From Planctomycetota bacterium (GTDB lineage: Bacteria; Planctomycetota; UBA1135; UBA2386), in NCBI GenBank assembly GCA_965228735.1, contig OZ245838.1, positions 2,944,001 to 3,008,000 of the forward strand: a stretch of DNA of 64,000 bases, in the 5' to 3' direction. The stretch's first letter is position 1. Each line of letters begins with the position of its first letter. Made by a program: the position numbers and the translations under genes. Of the stretch, positions 48,204 to 58,109 are shown piece by piece. The notes below the pieces were generated by a model. The model did no database searches. It was not told the DNA's origin and saw only the letters and a program-made list of their open reading frames with translations.

Positions 48204-49472
48204 TCAGCGGTAGTCCGCGGCGATGCCGCCCGCGTTCAGCGCGCTGCCGAGGCGTTCGAGTGCGACCGCGTAGGCTGCAGCGCGCATCGGCACGTCCTTC
48301 TTCTGCATGCGCTCGTGCACGATCTCGAACTGGTTCTGCATGCGAACGCGCAGCTTCTCCTGCACTTCGTCTTGGTCCCAGTAGGCACCGGCGCGGTTCT
48401 GCAGCCACTCGAACCAGCTGACCGTCACGCCGCCCGCGTTGGCCAGCACGTCCGGCACGACGAGCTTGCCCTTGTCGTGCAGGATCGCGTCGGCCTCCCC
48501 GGTCGTCGGACCGTTGGCGAGCTCGAGAACGACGTCCGCCTGGATCTTGCCCGCGTTGTCCTCGCGGATCTGGTCCTCGAGCGCTGCAGCTATGAGCACG
48601 TCGACATCGAGTTCGAGCAGCGCGCCGCTCTCGAGCTTGCTGCCGACGTCGGGCAACCGGCCCGCCGACTGCTTCTGCTCGATGATGGCGGGTACGTCGA
48701 GCCCCTCGGGGTCGTGAATGCCGCCGCGCGAGTCGCTCACCGCAACGACGCGATACCCGTCGGCGTGCAGCAGCCGGGCCGCGTGCTGACCGGCGTTGCC
48801 GAAGCCCTGGATCGCGATCGCGATGTCCTTCGGCTGCCAATCGCGCTGCTCGGCGATCTGGCGCAGCACGTAGTAGCCGCCGCGCGCGGTCGCGTCGTCC
48901 CGGCCGACGCTGCCGCCGCGCCCCACGGGCTTGCCCGTGATCACGCCGGGCTCCTGGCGCCGCACGACGGCCGCGTACTCGTCGGCCATCCACGCCATGG
49001 TCCGCGCGTTGGTATAGACGTCGGGCGCCGGCACGTCGCGGTCCACACCGATCACGTCGGCGATCGCGCGGATGTAGCCGCGCGCGAGGCGCTCGACCTC
49101 GGCCGTCGACAGTTCACGCGGATCGACCTCGACGCCGCCCTTGCCGCCACCGAACGGGATGTCGACGACCGCGCACTTGAGCGCCATCCACAGCGCGAGC
49201 GTCTTGACCTCGGCGAGCTCGACGCTCGGGTGGAAGCGGATGCCGCCCTTGAACGGCCCGCGCGAGTCGTCGTACTGCACGCGGTAGCCGCGGAAGACGC
49301 GCAGCGAACCGTCGTCCATCCGGACCGGCACGGCGACCTCGAGGGTGCGCCGCGGCACGGCGAGACGCGTCAGCGTCTCGGAGTCGAGATCCGCGTGCTC
49401 GGCGGCGGCGCGAACGCGCTCGAACGAGCGCTGGAAGAGGTCGTGCTCGGGAACGGTCGTCGGGCTGGCCAT
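48204..49472 (-). CDS. gdhA: Glutamate dehydrogenase (Glu/Leu/Phe/Val family)
   Basis: RGPFKGGIRFHP, PFGGGKGG, DVPAPDV.T, ITGKP...GGS.GR, IQGFGNAG, ELANGP, PDVLANAGGV.VSWFEW. Confidence 0.95.
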   Translation of the reverse strand: MASPTTVPEHDLFQRSFERVRAAAEHADLDSETLTRLAVPRRTLEVAVPVRMDDGSLRVFRGYRVQYDDSRGPFKGGIRFHPSVELAEVKTLALWMALKCAVVDIPFGGGKGGVEVDPRELSTAEVERLARGYIRAIADVIGVDRDVPAPDVYTNARTMAWMADEYAAVVRRQEPGVITGKPVGRGGSVGRDDATARGGYYVLRQIAEQRDWQPKDIAIAIQGFGNAGQHAARLLHADGYRVVAVSDSRGGIHDPEGLDVPAIIEQKQSAGRLPDVGSKLESGALLELDVDVLIAAALEDQIREDNAGKIQADVVLELANGPTTGEADAILHDKGKLVVPDVLANAGGVTVSWFEWLQNRAGAYWDQDEVQEKLRVRMQNQFEIVHERMQKKDVPMRAAAYAVALERLGSALNAGGIAADYR

Positions 49473-49543
49473 GCGGCCCGTGATCGTGGCGAGCGGAGCG
49501 GCCGAGGAACAGCCCCGGCCGCAGAATCACGTCCCCGGGACCT

Positions 49544-50941
49544 TCAGCGCACGAGCGCGGCTTCGCGCCGCAGCACCTGCAGCGTCAGCGTGTGCATCGC
49601 CGTCGCGTAGACGCGACCGCCCTCGACGTCCCAGACGCCGATCGGGTCCCACGAGCCGGCGGCGTTGCCGTCGGTGCGCTGCGTCACCATGAGAACGGGC
49701 AGGTATTGGCGCCAGCGCCCCCAGGCCTCGCCGCCGATCTGGAACATCGCCTGCGTCCCGAACCACCAGTAGTACGGATCGATGTGGCCCTTGGCCCAAA
49801 CGGGCGGCTTGGCGAGCAGCACCTGCGCCGCCTTCTTCATGATCGGCTTCTCGCTCGGATCCTGGTCGAGCAGGAAGCGACCGAACAGCGCGGCCGCGGT
49901 CATCGCCTCGCCGTTCCTCGGCGGGAACCGGGTCATGTGATCGCCCGGTAGCCGCGAGCTGGCTTCGCCCTGCTTGCTGTAGCCATGGCGACCGCTCGGG
50001 TCGCTCACCTGGTCGTACCACGTCGCGACGAGATCGAGCGCCGTCGGGTTGACGTCGAGGCCGAAACTCTGCGCCGAGCGGTACGCCATGAGCGCCCAGG
50101 TCGTCACCGAGGTGTCGTTGTCGTTGTCGCGCGGCTGGTAGCGCCACACGCTGTACGGGTTGCGGTGACTCTCGAGGTAGTTGATGCCGCTCTGCACGTT
50201 CTGCTTCAGCAGCTTGTAGCGCGACAAACCGAACGCCTCGGAGAGCGCGACCGTCGCGATCGCGTGGCCGTAGACGAAGTCGTGAGCCGCGTTCGTCCCG
50301 ATCAGGCCGTTCTCCTGCTGCTGGTCCCGCAGCCACTTCACGGCCGACTTGACCTGGTCCTTGTAGCGACCGCGGCGCAGGGTGTTGCCGTTGCCGAGCA
50401 GCGCGAGTGTCGCGAGCCCGGTCACCCCGACGTCCTGCGTCGCGGAGCCCGGTCCCGTGCACGGCTGGCCACTGAGGTCGTGCTTCATGAACTCGTCCGA
50501 GTCCCAGCGCCCGTTCTCGTCCTGGTGTTCGACGAGCCACTGCAGCGCGCGGTCGATCGCAGCACCGGCCTTCTTGGCGCGATCCGCGGCTCGTTCGTTG
50601 CGGCGCGCCGGCTCACCCGGGGCCTCCGCGGCTTCGGTTTCGACGACGACGGCGATCTCCTCGACGGGCTCGATCTCTTCCGCCACCTCGGTCGGCGGCG
50701 GCGGCGGCGGCGGCATTACGATGCCGGGCCGACCGATCTGGGCCGACGCGAGGTTCACGCTGCCGAGCACGGCCAGGGTGCGCTGGTCGACCTTGTAGAG
50801 GATCCCGTCGTGGAAGACGAAGAGGTAGCTGCCGGCGGCGACCATGCTGCCCTCGGTGGGGGCCTGGGCTGCGACCGGGGACAGGGACAGCGTCGAGACG
50901 AGGGCGAGCGCACCGAACAGCGCGCCGAGACGTGACATCAT
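49544..50941 (-). CDS. Secreted prenyltransferase/squalene-cyclase-repeat protein
   Basis: Signal peptide; ALQWLVEHQDENGRW, TGLATLALL, AVKWL..QQ.ENG, Y.HAIAT.AL.E, DTSVT.W, YYWWFGTQA, GSWDP...GGRVYATA. Confidence 0.82.
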   Translation of the reverse strand: MMSRLGALFGALALVSTLSLSPVAAQAPTEGSMVAAGSYLFVFHDGILYKVDQRTLAVLGSVNLASAQIGRPGIVMPPPPPPPTEVAEEIEPVEEIAVVVETEAAEAPGEPARRNERAADRAKKAGAAIDRALQWLVEHQDENGRWDSDEFMKHDLSGQPCTGPGSATQDVGVTGLATLALLGNGNTLRRGRYKDQVKSAVKWLRDQQQENGLIGTNAAHDFVYGHAIATVALSEAFGLSRYKLLKQNVQSGINYLESHRNPYSVWRYQPRDNDNDTSVTTWALMAYRSAQSFGLDVNPTALDLVATWYDQVSDPSGRHGYSKQGEASSRLPGDHMTRFPPRNGEAMTAAALFGRFLLDQDPSEKPIMKKAAQVLLAKPPVWAKGHIDPYYWWFGTQAMFQIGGEAWGRWRQYLPVLMVTQRTDGNAAGSWDPIGVWDVEGGRVYATAMHTLTLQVLRREAALVR

Positions 50942-51006
50942 GGCAACCTCACGGGGTTAGGGACGTTCTCGGGAGGCAACGGCGCAGGCGCGCCCCGGTT
51001 CAAAGC

Positions 51007-51059
51007 GATTGTCAGATCGATCGTCAGACGGATTGTCAGATCGATCGTCAGATGGATTG
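51007..51059. repeat. 12-bp-period direct repeats (GAT[T/C]GTCAGA x4)
   Basis: GATTGTCAGATC GATCGTCAGACG GATTGTCAGATC GATCGTCAGATG GATTG, in the upstream region of the 49544-50941 gene. Confidence 0.8.
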
Positions 51060-51089
51060 CGAGTTCCGCGAAGGCGGCCTGCGTCGGCC

Positions 51090-51494
51090 TCAGCGCACGT
51101 GCGCCAGGACCCGGCGTCGGCTGCCCCGCCGCCGATGCTCGAAGAGATAGATCCCCTGCCAGCGCCCCAACAGCAATCGGCCACCGGCGACGGGGATCGA
51201 CAGACTCGTCTGCGTGAGCGCCGAACGCACGTGCGAGGGCATGTCATCGGGCCCCTCCGCGACGTGGGTCCACAGGGGATCGCCCTCGGGCACGAGCCGC
51301 CGGAAGAACGCCTGCAGGTCGACGAGGACGTCCGGATCCGCGTTCTCCTGGATCACGAGGCTCGCCGACGTGTGCTGCACGAAGAGCGTGCACAGCCCGT
51401 CGGCATCGCCGGCTGCGCGGACGACCTCGGCGACCTGATCCGTGATCTCGAACAGCCCCGCGCCCGGGGTCGTGACGACGAGTGGGGAGATCAT
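51090..51494 (-). CDS. yjbQ: YjbQ / UPF0047 family protein
   Basis: LFVQHTSASL.IQENADPDV, H..EGPDDMP.H.R..L, LGRWQGIYLFEHR. Confidence 0.93.
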   Translation of the reverse strand: MISPLVVTTPGAGLFEITDQVAEVVRAAGDADGLCTLFVQHTSASLVIQENADPDVLVDLQAFFRRLVPEGDPLWTHVAEGPDDMPSHVRSALTQTSLSIPVAGGRLLLGRWQGIYLFEHRRRGSRRRVLAHVR

Positions 51495-51561
51495 ACCGGG
51501 TACAGGTTTACCGGATGACGGGCTCGACCGTCGTGGGCGTGTTGGCCGTATCGTCCCCGGC

Positions 51562-52995
51562 ATGCTCCGCCCGCTTCCGAACGTTCTCGCTACGGTCCTC
51601 GCCACGGCACCGGCCTGCATCCCGTCCTCCGCCGTCGCGCAGCAGGGTCCGCCGCCGGCCGTGCAATGGCTCACGGCGGACGAGGTCGGCGAGCAGCTCG
51701 GCAGCGCGCGGACCTGGGTGCCGATCATCGATCGGTCCTCGCTCAGCGTCGGCCGCTACCGACTGCGTGCGGGCCAGCAGGACGGCCAGGCGCCGCACGA
51801 TCGCGACGAGATCTACTACGTCGTGGCGGGTGCCGGCAAGTTCACGGCGGCGGGCGAGACGCGCGCGGTGACGGCCGGTGACACGGTGTTCGTCGCGGCG
51901 GCGGCCGAGCATCGCTTTCACGACATCACGGCCGACCTCGACCTGCTCGTGTTCTTCAGCACCGCGGTGCCGACGACGGGCGGCATGATCGCCGGCCCGC
52001 GCCCGACCGAGCAGACGGCCTATCCGGAGACCAGCAATCGCGGCGCCGCCCGCATCTTCTACTGGTTCGGCCCCGACTCGGCGGGCCAGCTCGTCATGGA
52101 CCACGGCCGCCCGCGGTGGAACCCGGCCTACGGCAAGTTCCTCACGCAACGAAGCGGCAAGAGCTGGCGCTTCGGCGACAACTTCTGGACGCGGCTCGAC
52201 ACCAACATCCCGATCGTGCTCGGTGGCCGCCGCATCCGCCCCGGGTCGTACTACTGTGCTCTGACCCATGCCGAGGACGGACTGCAGATGCTGCTGCTCG
52301 ACCCGGACGACGTGCGCGCCGGCCTGCGCGACGCCTACGAGGTCGCCAAGGTCGCGGGCGGGATCCCGGTCCCGCTCGAACGCGAGCAGGCGCCGTTCTC
52401 CGCGAGTCGACTCGCGATCCAGTGGACCGTCGATCGATCGAAGCGCGACACGGGACAGCTGCAGATCCACTTCGGCCCGCACCTGCTGACGGCCGACCTC
52501 ACGATGGAGCCCGTGCGCGATCGCAGCGCCCTCGCGACGCCAGCAGTGAATCCCGCCGACGTCGCGAGCCCCGACGCGATCGTGGCCGCGCTCTACGACG
52601 TGATCTCGGGGCCGGCCGGGCAGAAGCGCGACTGGGGCCGGTTGCGCAGCCTGTTCCACGCGGACGCCCGGCTGATCCCGATCATGCCGACTCCCGGCGG
52701 CAAGCGGGCGGTGCCGATGACGGTCGGCGACTACGTCGAACGGTCGGGCCCGTGGCTCGAGCAGAACGGCTTCTTCGAGCAGGAGGTGCAGAAGCGCGTC
52801 GAGACGTTCGGCGGCCTGACGCACGTGTGGTCGACCTACGAGGCGCGCCAGAGCGCGGACGACGACAAGCCGATGATGCGCGGCATCAACTCGATCCAGC
52901 TCGTGCACGAGAACGATCGCTGGTTCGTGCACCAGCTCATGTGGGAGCAGGAACGGACCGCCGGCCCGATTCCCGCCCGTTACCTGCCGAAGTAG
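51562..52995 (+). CDS. Exported cupin + DUF2911-like + NTF2-like three-domain fusion
   Basis: Cupin PHDRDEIYYV...GDTVFV....EHRF; HGRP...WRFGDN.WT...GG..I.PG.Y; SPDAIVAALYDVISGPAG..RDW...RGINSIQL. Confidence 0.72.
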   Translation: MLRPLPNVLATVLATAPACIPSSAVAQQGPPPAVQWLTADEVGEQLGSARTWVPIIDRSSLSVGRYRLRAGQQDGQAPHDRDEIYYVVAGAGKFTAAGETRAVTAGDTVFVAAAAEHRFHDITADLDLLVFFSTAVPTTGGMIAGPRPTEQTAYPETSNRGAARIFYWFGPDSAGQLVMDHGRPRWNPAYGKFLTQRSGKSWRFGDNFWTRLDTNIPIVLGGRRIRPGSYYCALTHAEDGLQMLLLDPDDVRAGLRDAYEVAKVAGGIPVPLEREQAPFSASRLAIQWTVDRSKRDTGQLQIHFGPHLLTADLTMEPVRDRSALATPAVNPADVASPDAIVAALYDVISGPAGQKRDWGRLRSLFHADARLIPIMPTPGGKRAVPMTVGDYVERSGPWLEQNGFFEQEVQKRVETFGGLTHVWSTYEARQSADDDKPMMRGINSIQLVHENDRWFVHQLMWEQERTAGPIPARYLPK

Positions 52996-53009
52996 CCGGC
53001 AGCCGCGGG

Positions 53010-53738
53010 TCACTCGGGCGGCGCCGCGGCGCGCCGCACGTAGTCGAAGACCTCGCCGTCGAGCCCGCGCTCGGCGGCAACGCGAGGTTCACCGCGGTAG
53101 AGGTTCTGCAGGCTCTCGCGGATGCCGGGGTCGCCACCCGTGAACTCTTCGACGAGCTCCTGCCAGCGCCTGGCCAGGGCGCGCACCTCGGGGTCGTCGG
53201 GCGAGACGCCGGCCGCCTGCTTCGCCCGGACCGCCGCGATCAACCGCGGCCACTCCGCCTCGGCGGCGGCGATCGCCTCCGGACCGAGCTGCTCCTTCCG
53301 CTGCTGCAGCTGCGCCAGCTGCTCCTTGGTGTAGTACTTCTCGAACATCGTCATCTCCTCGATCGCGTCGAGGAAGTCCCCGGTCCGCACCTCGGCGTCG
53401 CCGTCGCCGAGGCGCTCCTTGAGCTCCACGAGCCGCGACCGGAGCCGCCGCGCCGTGTCGAGCTGTTCGTCGAGCCTCGCGATGTGCAGCTCGAGCACGG
53501 CGATCGGCGGGAACCGCGGATCGTCGAGGCAGCTGCGAATCACGTCGAGGCCGAACCCGAGCTGTTGCAGCGACCGGATGCGCAGCAGGCGCGCGACGTC
53601 CGCGCCCGAGTACAGCCGATGCCCCGCCGGCGTGCGCCGGGACGGGGACAGCAGACCGATCTCGTCATAGTGATGCAGCGCGCGCACCGTCAGCCCGGTG
53701 CGTTCCGCGAGTTCGCCGACCTTGAAGGACTCCGTCAT
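53010..53738 (-). CDS. MerR family regulator with TipAS-like C-terminal domain (TipA/Mta type)
   Basis: KVGELAERTGLTVRALHHYDEIGLL.P..RT.AGHRLY; C-terminal G..PDDPEV..LA.RW..L...FTGGD. Confidence 0.92.
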   Translation of the reverse strand: MTESFKVGELAERTGLTVRALHHYDEIGLLSPSRRTPAGHRLYSGADVARLLRIRSLQQLGFGLDVIRSCLDDPRFPPIAVLELHIARLDEQLDTARRLRSRLVELKERLGDGDAEVRTGDFLDAIEEMTMFEKYYTKEQLAQLQQRKEQLGPEAIAAAEAEWPRLIAAVRAKQAAGVSPDDPEVRALARRWQELVEEFTGGDPGIRESLQNLYRGEPRVAAERGLDGEVFDYVRRAAAPPE

Positions 53739-53781
53739 GGTTCTGCGCCCGAGGCGCCTCTTGCCAATGCGATCGCCGGCC

Positions 53782-53812
53782 ATGGTCCGACCTCACGCAG
53801 CGTGAGGTGCAA
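53782..53812 (-). promoter_or_regulatory. MerR-type promoter/operator (ptipA-like)
   Basis: Minus strand TTGCAC-19 bp-GACCAT; dyad ACCTCACG-n3-CGTGAGGT (53790-53808) lies in the spacer, upstream of the MerR gene. Confidence 0.85.
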
Positions 53813-53856
53813 GCGATCACACCGGGAAACCGCGCGCACCATCCGTAAGCTACCGC

Positions 53857-54936
53857 GTGTTGCCCGCCGCACCGTCGAAGTCCTCGCAGTCCAGGAAGCC
53901 GCGCCGCCTCCGCCGCCGGCTCGCCGGTCTCGCGATCGGCCTGCTCGTCGGCCTGCTGCTCGCCGAGCTGCTGCTGCGGGTCTGCGGTTACTCCCCCGCC
54001 CACGTGAACCCGCTGCGCTCGTTCCACCAGGCCGACCCGGTGCTGGTGTATCGCGGGCGGCCGAACGTCGAGGGGCGGTTCCGCCGCTCGCAGTTCGACG
54101 TCGTGGTCCGTCACGACGACCGCGGGTTCCGCGCCGCGGAGTTCCGGCGCGACCCGGCGGACGTCGAACGCACGATCCACGTGTTCGGCGACTCGTTCAC
54201 CTGGGGTTGGGGTGTCGAGAACGGCGAAGTGTTCACCGATCGGCTGCGCCACCTGCTGCCCGACCATGCGGTGCGGAACTACGGGATCAACGGGTGCGGC
54301 ACGGCGCTGCAGACGCGGCTGCTCGAGACCGAGGTCGAAGCGGACATCCAGGCCGGCGACGTCGTCGTGCTGATGTTCTTCTACAACGACTTCTTCGACA
54401 ACACGCACAGCAAGCGCCTGCACGGCCGCGTCGAGGGCGACGACGTCGTCGAGATCACGCCGGACACCGCGTTCGGCTCGGCGTTCGAGCGCTGGTTCAA
54501 GGACCACAGCTATCTCGTCAACTTCGCGGCCCACGTCTGGGACTTCCAGAAGGCGAAGGCCGGCGCGGTCGAGCAGCGCGAGGCGGGCGAGACCCGCGGC
54601 GCCGGTCCGGGTGAAGTCGAACGCCGCGTCACCGCGCACTTCCTGCGCCGCTTCCGGGCACTCGTCGAAGCCCGCGAGGCCCGCCTCGAGCTCGTCTGGG
54701 TCGCGGACAGCCGCGACGTCGCGGGCCGCGCGGACGGCCAGCCCAGCGTCTACTTCGACGCATTCCGGGAGACCGCGGCCGCCGCCGACCTCGTGCCGCT
54801 CGACCCGACCGACGCGTTCGTCGCGGCGATGCGGGCGGACCCCGACAAGGCGCTCTACTTCGACGGCGACGAGCACTGGACGCCGCGCGGCCACGAGGTC
54901 ATCGCGGCGTTCCTCGCAGCGCGGCTCGGCCGATAG
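53857..54936 (+). CDS. SGNH/GDSL hydrolase-like membrane-anchored protein
   Basis: TM LLAELLLR; FGDSFTWGWGV, NYGINGCGT, FFYND, DEHWTPRGH. Confidence 0.85.
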   Translation: MLPAAPSKSSQSRKPRRLRRRLAGLAIGLLVGLLLAELLLRVCGYSPAHVNPLRSFHQADPVLVYRGRPNVEGRFRRSQFDVVVRHDDRGFRAAEFRRDPADVERTIHVFGDSFTWGWGVENGEVFTDRLRHLLPDHAVRNYGINGCGTALQTRLLETEVEADIQAGDVVVLMFFYNDFFDNTHSKRLHGRVEGDDVVEITPDTAFGSAFERWFKDHSYLVNFAAHVWDFQKAKAGAVEQREAGETRGAGPGEVERRVTAHFLRRFRALVEAREARLELVWVADSRDVAGRADGQPSVYFDAFRETAAAADLVPLDPTDAFVAAMRADPDKALYFDGDEHWTPRGHEVIAAFLAARLGR

Positions 54937-54949
54937 TCGCGGGCTCGAG

Positions 54950-55915
54950 CTACGGGCCGACCGTCAGCTCGAGACCCCGAGAGAACGCGAACCCGGCCAC
55001 GGCCGTCGGATCGGTGTGGGCGAACTGGCCGTAGATCGAGATGCCGGTGAACGTCGGATCGTTCGGCAGCGCGATCGGCACGAGCGTCGCCGCCGGCGTC
55101 GGCGGCACGAACAGCGCAACCGTGGCGAGCGGGTCCACGAGCAGCGTGCCACCGACCGGCGTCGGCAGAGTTGCCGCGGCCAGGCCGAGCGCGACGACGC
55201 CGAACTCCTGCGTTGAGCGCACCGTCGTCGCGCGCAGGTCGATCGTGGTGCCGAGCTGCGGCGGCGACGACGGGACCAGATTGGGGATGCCCTGCGCGCC
55301 CGGCAGACCCGCACCGTAGTTGCGCCAGCAGCTCTGGCACGGACCGATGTAGAGGTCGTCGATGTAGAAGTCGTTGGGGAAGGCGCTCGTGTTGAGGTTG
55401 CGAATCGCGACCTCCACGGAACCGGTCGCGCCGGCCACCCAGGTGGCGCCGGAAGTCTGCCAGATGCCCGTCAAGTGCGGCAGCGGCAGCGGTGCACCCA
55501 CGAGTTGCCCTCCGACCTGCCACTGCAGGATCGCAGGCCCGCCGGCGACCGCCGTGCAGCCCGCGAGTTCGAACCGGTAGGTGACGCCCGCGACGACCGG
55601 CACGGAGGCGAACCAGACCCGTTGATTGGGCACGGTCGAACCGTTGACGACCATGAACTGCGAGCTGCCCGCGGAGGCCGGCGGCGGATTGACGAACGCC
55701 CCGTTGAACGAGCTGCCGTTGGCCCGGACGGTGTACTGCCCTTCGCAGCAGTTGGCGCCGGCGGAGTAGCCGTAGTCCGACGAGAAGCCCACGTTGCCCG
55801 ACTCGAAGCCGGGGTTCGGCGCCAAGTTCTGAGCCGGGAGCGCGGTGACGACCGCACCGAGGAAGGCACCGGCCGCGATTCCGCAGAAATGCCACGAGGA
55901 GATGGATGGGTTCAC
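54950..55915 (-). CDS. Secreted protein with carbohydrate-binding-like jelly-roll and the shared C-terminal domain
   Basis: AQNLAPNPGFESGN; FMVVNG...GVTYRF...NDFYIDDL; ends FAFSRGLELTVGP. Start uncertain. Confidence 0.68.
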   Translation of the reverse strand: MNPSISSWHFCGIAAGAFLGAVVTALPAQNLAPNPGFESGNVGFSSDYGYSAGANCCEGQYTVRANGSSFNGAFVNPPPASAGSSQFMVVNGSTVPNQRVWFASVPVVAGVTYRFELAGCTAVAGGPAILQWQVGGQLVGAPLPLPHLTGIWQTSGATWVAGATGSVEVAIRNLNTSAFPNDFYIDDLYIGPCQSCWRNYGAGLPGAQGIPNLVPSSPPQLGTTIDLRATTVRSTQEFGVVALGLAAATLPTPVGGTLLVDPLATVALFVPPTPAATLVPIALPNDPTFTGISIYGQFAHTDPTAVAGFAFSRGLELTVGP

Positions 55916-56108
55916 ACCCGCCAAGGCGTCGGGTCGGGTAGTCGGCCGCCACCAGAACGAGAAGATTGCGGACGAGGCCACACGCGCCCCAAAAACGTCG
56001 CAGCTGCCCGGCCCGCCTACGCCTGGTGCGACGCCGCGCCTAGACTGTCCAATCGCACCCGCCGCTGCCATCGTCCGGTCGCGGCCACTTCGCTCCCCAG
56101 GATCCGCC

Positions 56109-58109
56109 TTGGCTCACCGCATCACCCTGTTCCTCGCGACGCTCCTCGCCCTCGCGACTTCTCCCACCGCGCTCGCCCAGGAAGGCAGCAAGAACGAAGG
56201 CGGCAGCATCCGCGTCACGCCGGCCAAGGTCACCTTGCCCGTCGGCGAGACGACCGAGTTGACCGCTGAGGTGCTCGACGTCGGCGGTCGCCCGGTCGAA
56301 GGCGCGCGCGTCATGTTCTTCTCCCGCGCCCGTCGCTCGCTGCGCGTCAGCCGCGAGGGCGAGGTCACGGCGATCAAGCCCGGCACCTACGAGGTCGTGG
56401 CCCGGGCGCTCGGCGGCCCGCGCGAGAGCCGCCCGACCGCGACCGTCGAAGTCACGGTGCCGTACCCCGAGCCGGCCGACATCACGATCACCGGGCTGCC
56501 GAAGCGCCTCTACGCCGGCACGACGGTGCGGCTCGGTGGCGACGTCGTCGACCAGAACGGCACGGCGCGCGACGACCTCGACGTCGCGTTCAAGACGAGC
56601 GATTCGAGCCTCGCGAAGGTCGACGCGTTCGGCCACGTGACCGCGATCGCCGCCGGCCAGGTGACGCTCATGGCGGCCGGTGGCGGGCTCGAGAAGAAGC
56701 TCGATGTCACGGTCGTCGACAACCCGGTGCAGCAGGTCGACCTCGTCGCGGATGCCGAAGTCGTGCGGACCGGTGACGTCGTGCACCTCGACACCAATCT
56801 GCAGAACGGCAGCGGCGGCAACGTCGACGGCGTGCCGGTGTTCTACTCGTTCCACGCCGCGCCCGACGACACGCTGGGCAACGCGGCGACGGGCCAGATC
56901 ACGCAGGACGGTCGCTTCGTCGCGGAGAAGCCGGGCCTCTACACCATCATCGCCACCTGCGGCACCGCGACCGACCGCCTGACGATCCGAGCCAACGAGC
57001 GCTTCGAGCAGCAGCGCCGGCTCCAGCGCATCGGCCACGGGCCCGTGCTCGACGTGCACACCTCCGACCTCTGGGTCTGGGAAGGTGTCGACGGCCGCGA
57101 CTACTGCGTCACGGGAACGTGGGGCGCCAACGGCGACGCGATCTTCTGGGACGTCACCGACCCCTCCCGCATCGAGAAGATCTCGACCGTGACCGTCGAC
57201 GCGCGCACGGTGAACGACGTCAAGGTCAGCGAGGACGGGCGGCTCTGCATCATCAGCCGCGAGGGCGCGAGCAACCGCAAGAACGGCATCGTCGCGTTCG
57301 ACGTGACCGACCCGCGCAACCCGGAACGCATCAGCGAGTTCAACGATGAGCTCACGGGCGGCGTGCACAACCTGTTCATCAACGAGGGCTTCGCCTACGC
57401 GTTGAGCGCGGGCCGGCGCTACGACATCCTCGACATCAAGAACCCGCGCGCGCCGATCCGCGTCGGCAGCTACCAGGTGTTCGAGCCCGGCGCATCCATC
57501 CACGACGTCTGGGTCGTCGACGGCATCGCCTACTCGTCGAACTGGCGCTACGGCCTGCACCTCGTCGACGTCGGCAACGGCATCAAGGGCGGCTCGCCGA
57601 GCAATCCGGTCAAGATCGGCAACTACGCGTATCCGAGCGGTTGGAACCACGCGGCGTTCCCGTGGAAGAACGAGAAGACCGGCAAGTTCTACGTCTTTGC
57701 CGGGGACGAGGCGTTCCCCTACGGGCTCAGCGTGAAGAACAACCCGACGTACCCGCGCGGGTGGATCCACATCGTCGACTTCACGAACCTCGAGGAGCCC
57801 GAAGAGGTCGCGCGCTACGAGGTGCCCGAGGCCGGCACGCACAACCTGTGGATCGAGGACGAGACGCTCTACGTCGCCTACTACAACGCCGGCCTGCGCG
57901 TCGTCGACATCTCGGGTGAACTCATGGGCGATCTCTACCGCCAGGGTCGCGAGATCGCGTGGTTCCTGCCGACGCACCCGAAGGGCGTCGTGCCGAACGC
58001 GCCGATGGCCTGGGGCCCGCAGCCCTACAAGGGCCACATCTTCATCTCCGATTGGAACTCGGGCCTGTGGGCGACGAAGCTCGTCGAGAACCGGGGGCGC
58101 CGCCGGTGA
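56109..58109 (+). CDS. Secreted Ig-like (Big_2) + LVIVD-repeat protein
   Basis: Signal peptide; FKTSDSSLAKVDAFGHVTA; TSDLWVW, DARTVNDVKV, GGVHN, IHDVWV.DGIAY, LRVVDIS. Confidence 0.82.
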   Translation: MAHRITLFLATLLALATSPTALAQEGSKNEGGSIRVTPAKVTLPVGETTELTAEVLDVGGRPVEGARVMFFSRARRSLRVSREGEVTAIKPGTYEVVARALGGPRESRPTATVEVTVPYPEPADITITGLPKRLYAGTTVRLGGDVVDQNGTARDDLDVAFKTSDSSLAKVDAFGHVTAIAAGQVTLMAAGGGLEKKLDVTVVDNPVQQVDLVADAEVVRTGDVVHLDTNLQNGSGGNVDGVPVFYSFHAAPDDTLGNAATGQITQDGRFVAEKPGLYTIIATCGTATDRLTIRANERFEQQRRLQRIGHGPVLDVHTSDLWVWEGVDGRDYCVTGTWGANGDAIFWDVTDPSRIEKISTVTVDARTVNDVKVSEDGRLCIISREGASNRKNGIVAFDVTDPRNPERISEFNDELTGGVHNLFINEGFAYALSAGRRYDILDIKNPRAPIRVGSYQVFEPGASIHDVWVVDGIAYSSNWRYGLHLVDVGNGIKGGSPSNPVKIGNYAYPSGWNHAAFPWKNEKTGKFYVFAGDEAFPYGLSVKNNPTYPRGWIHIVDFTNLEEPEEVARYEVPEAGTHNLWIEDETLYVAYYNAGLRVVDISGELMGDLYRQGREIAWFLPTHPKGVVPNAPMAWGPQPYKGHIFISDWNSGLWATKLVENRGRRR

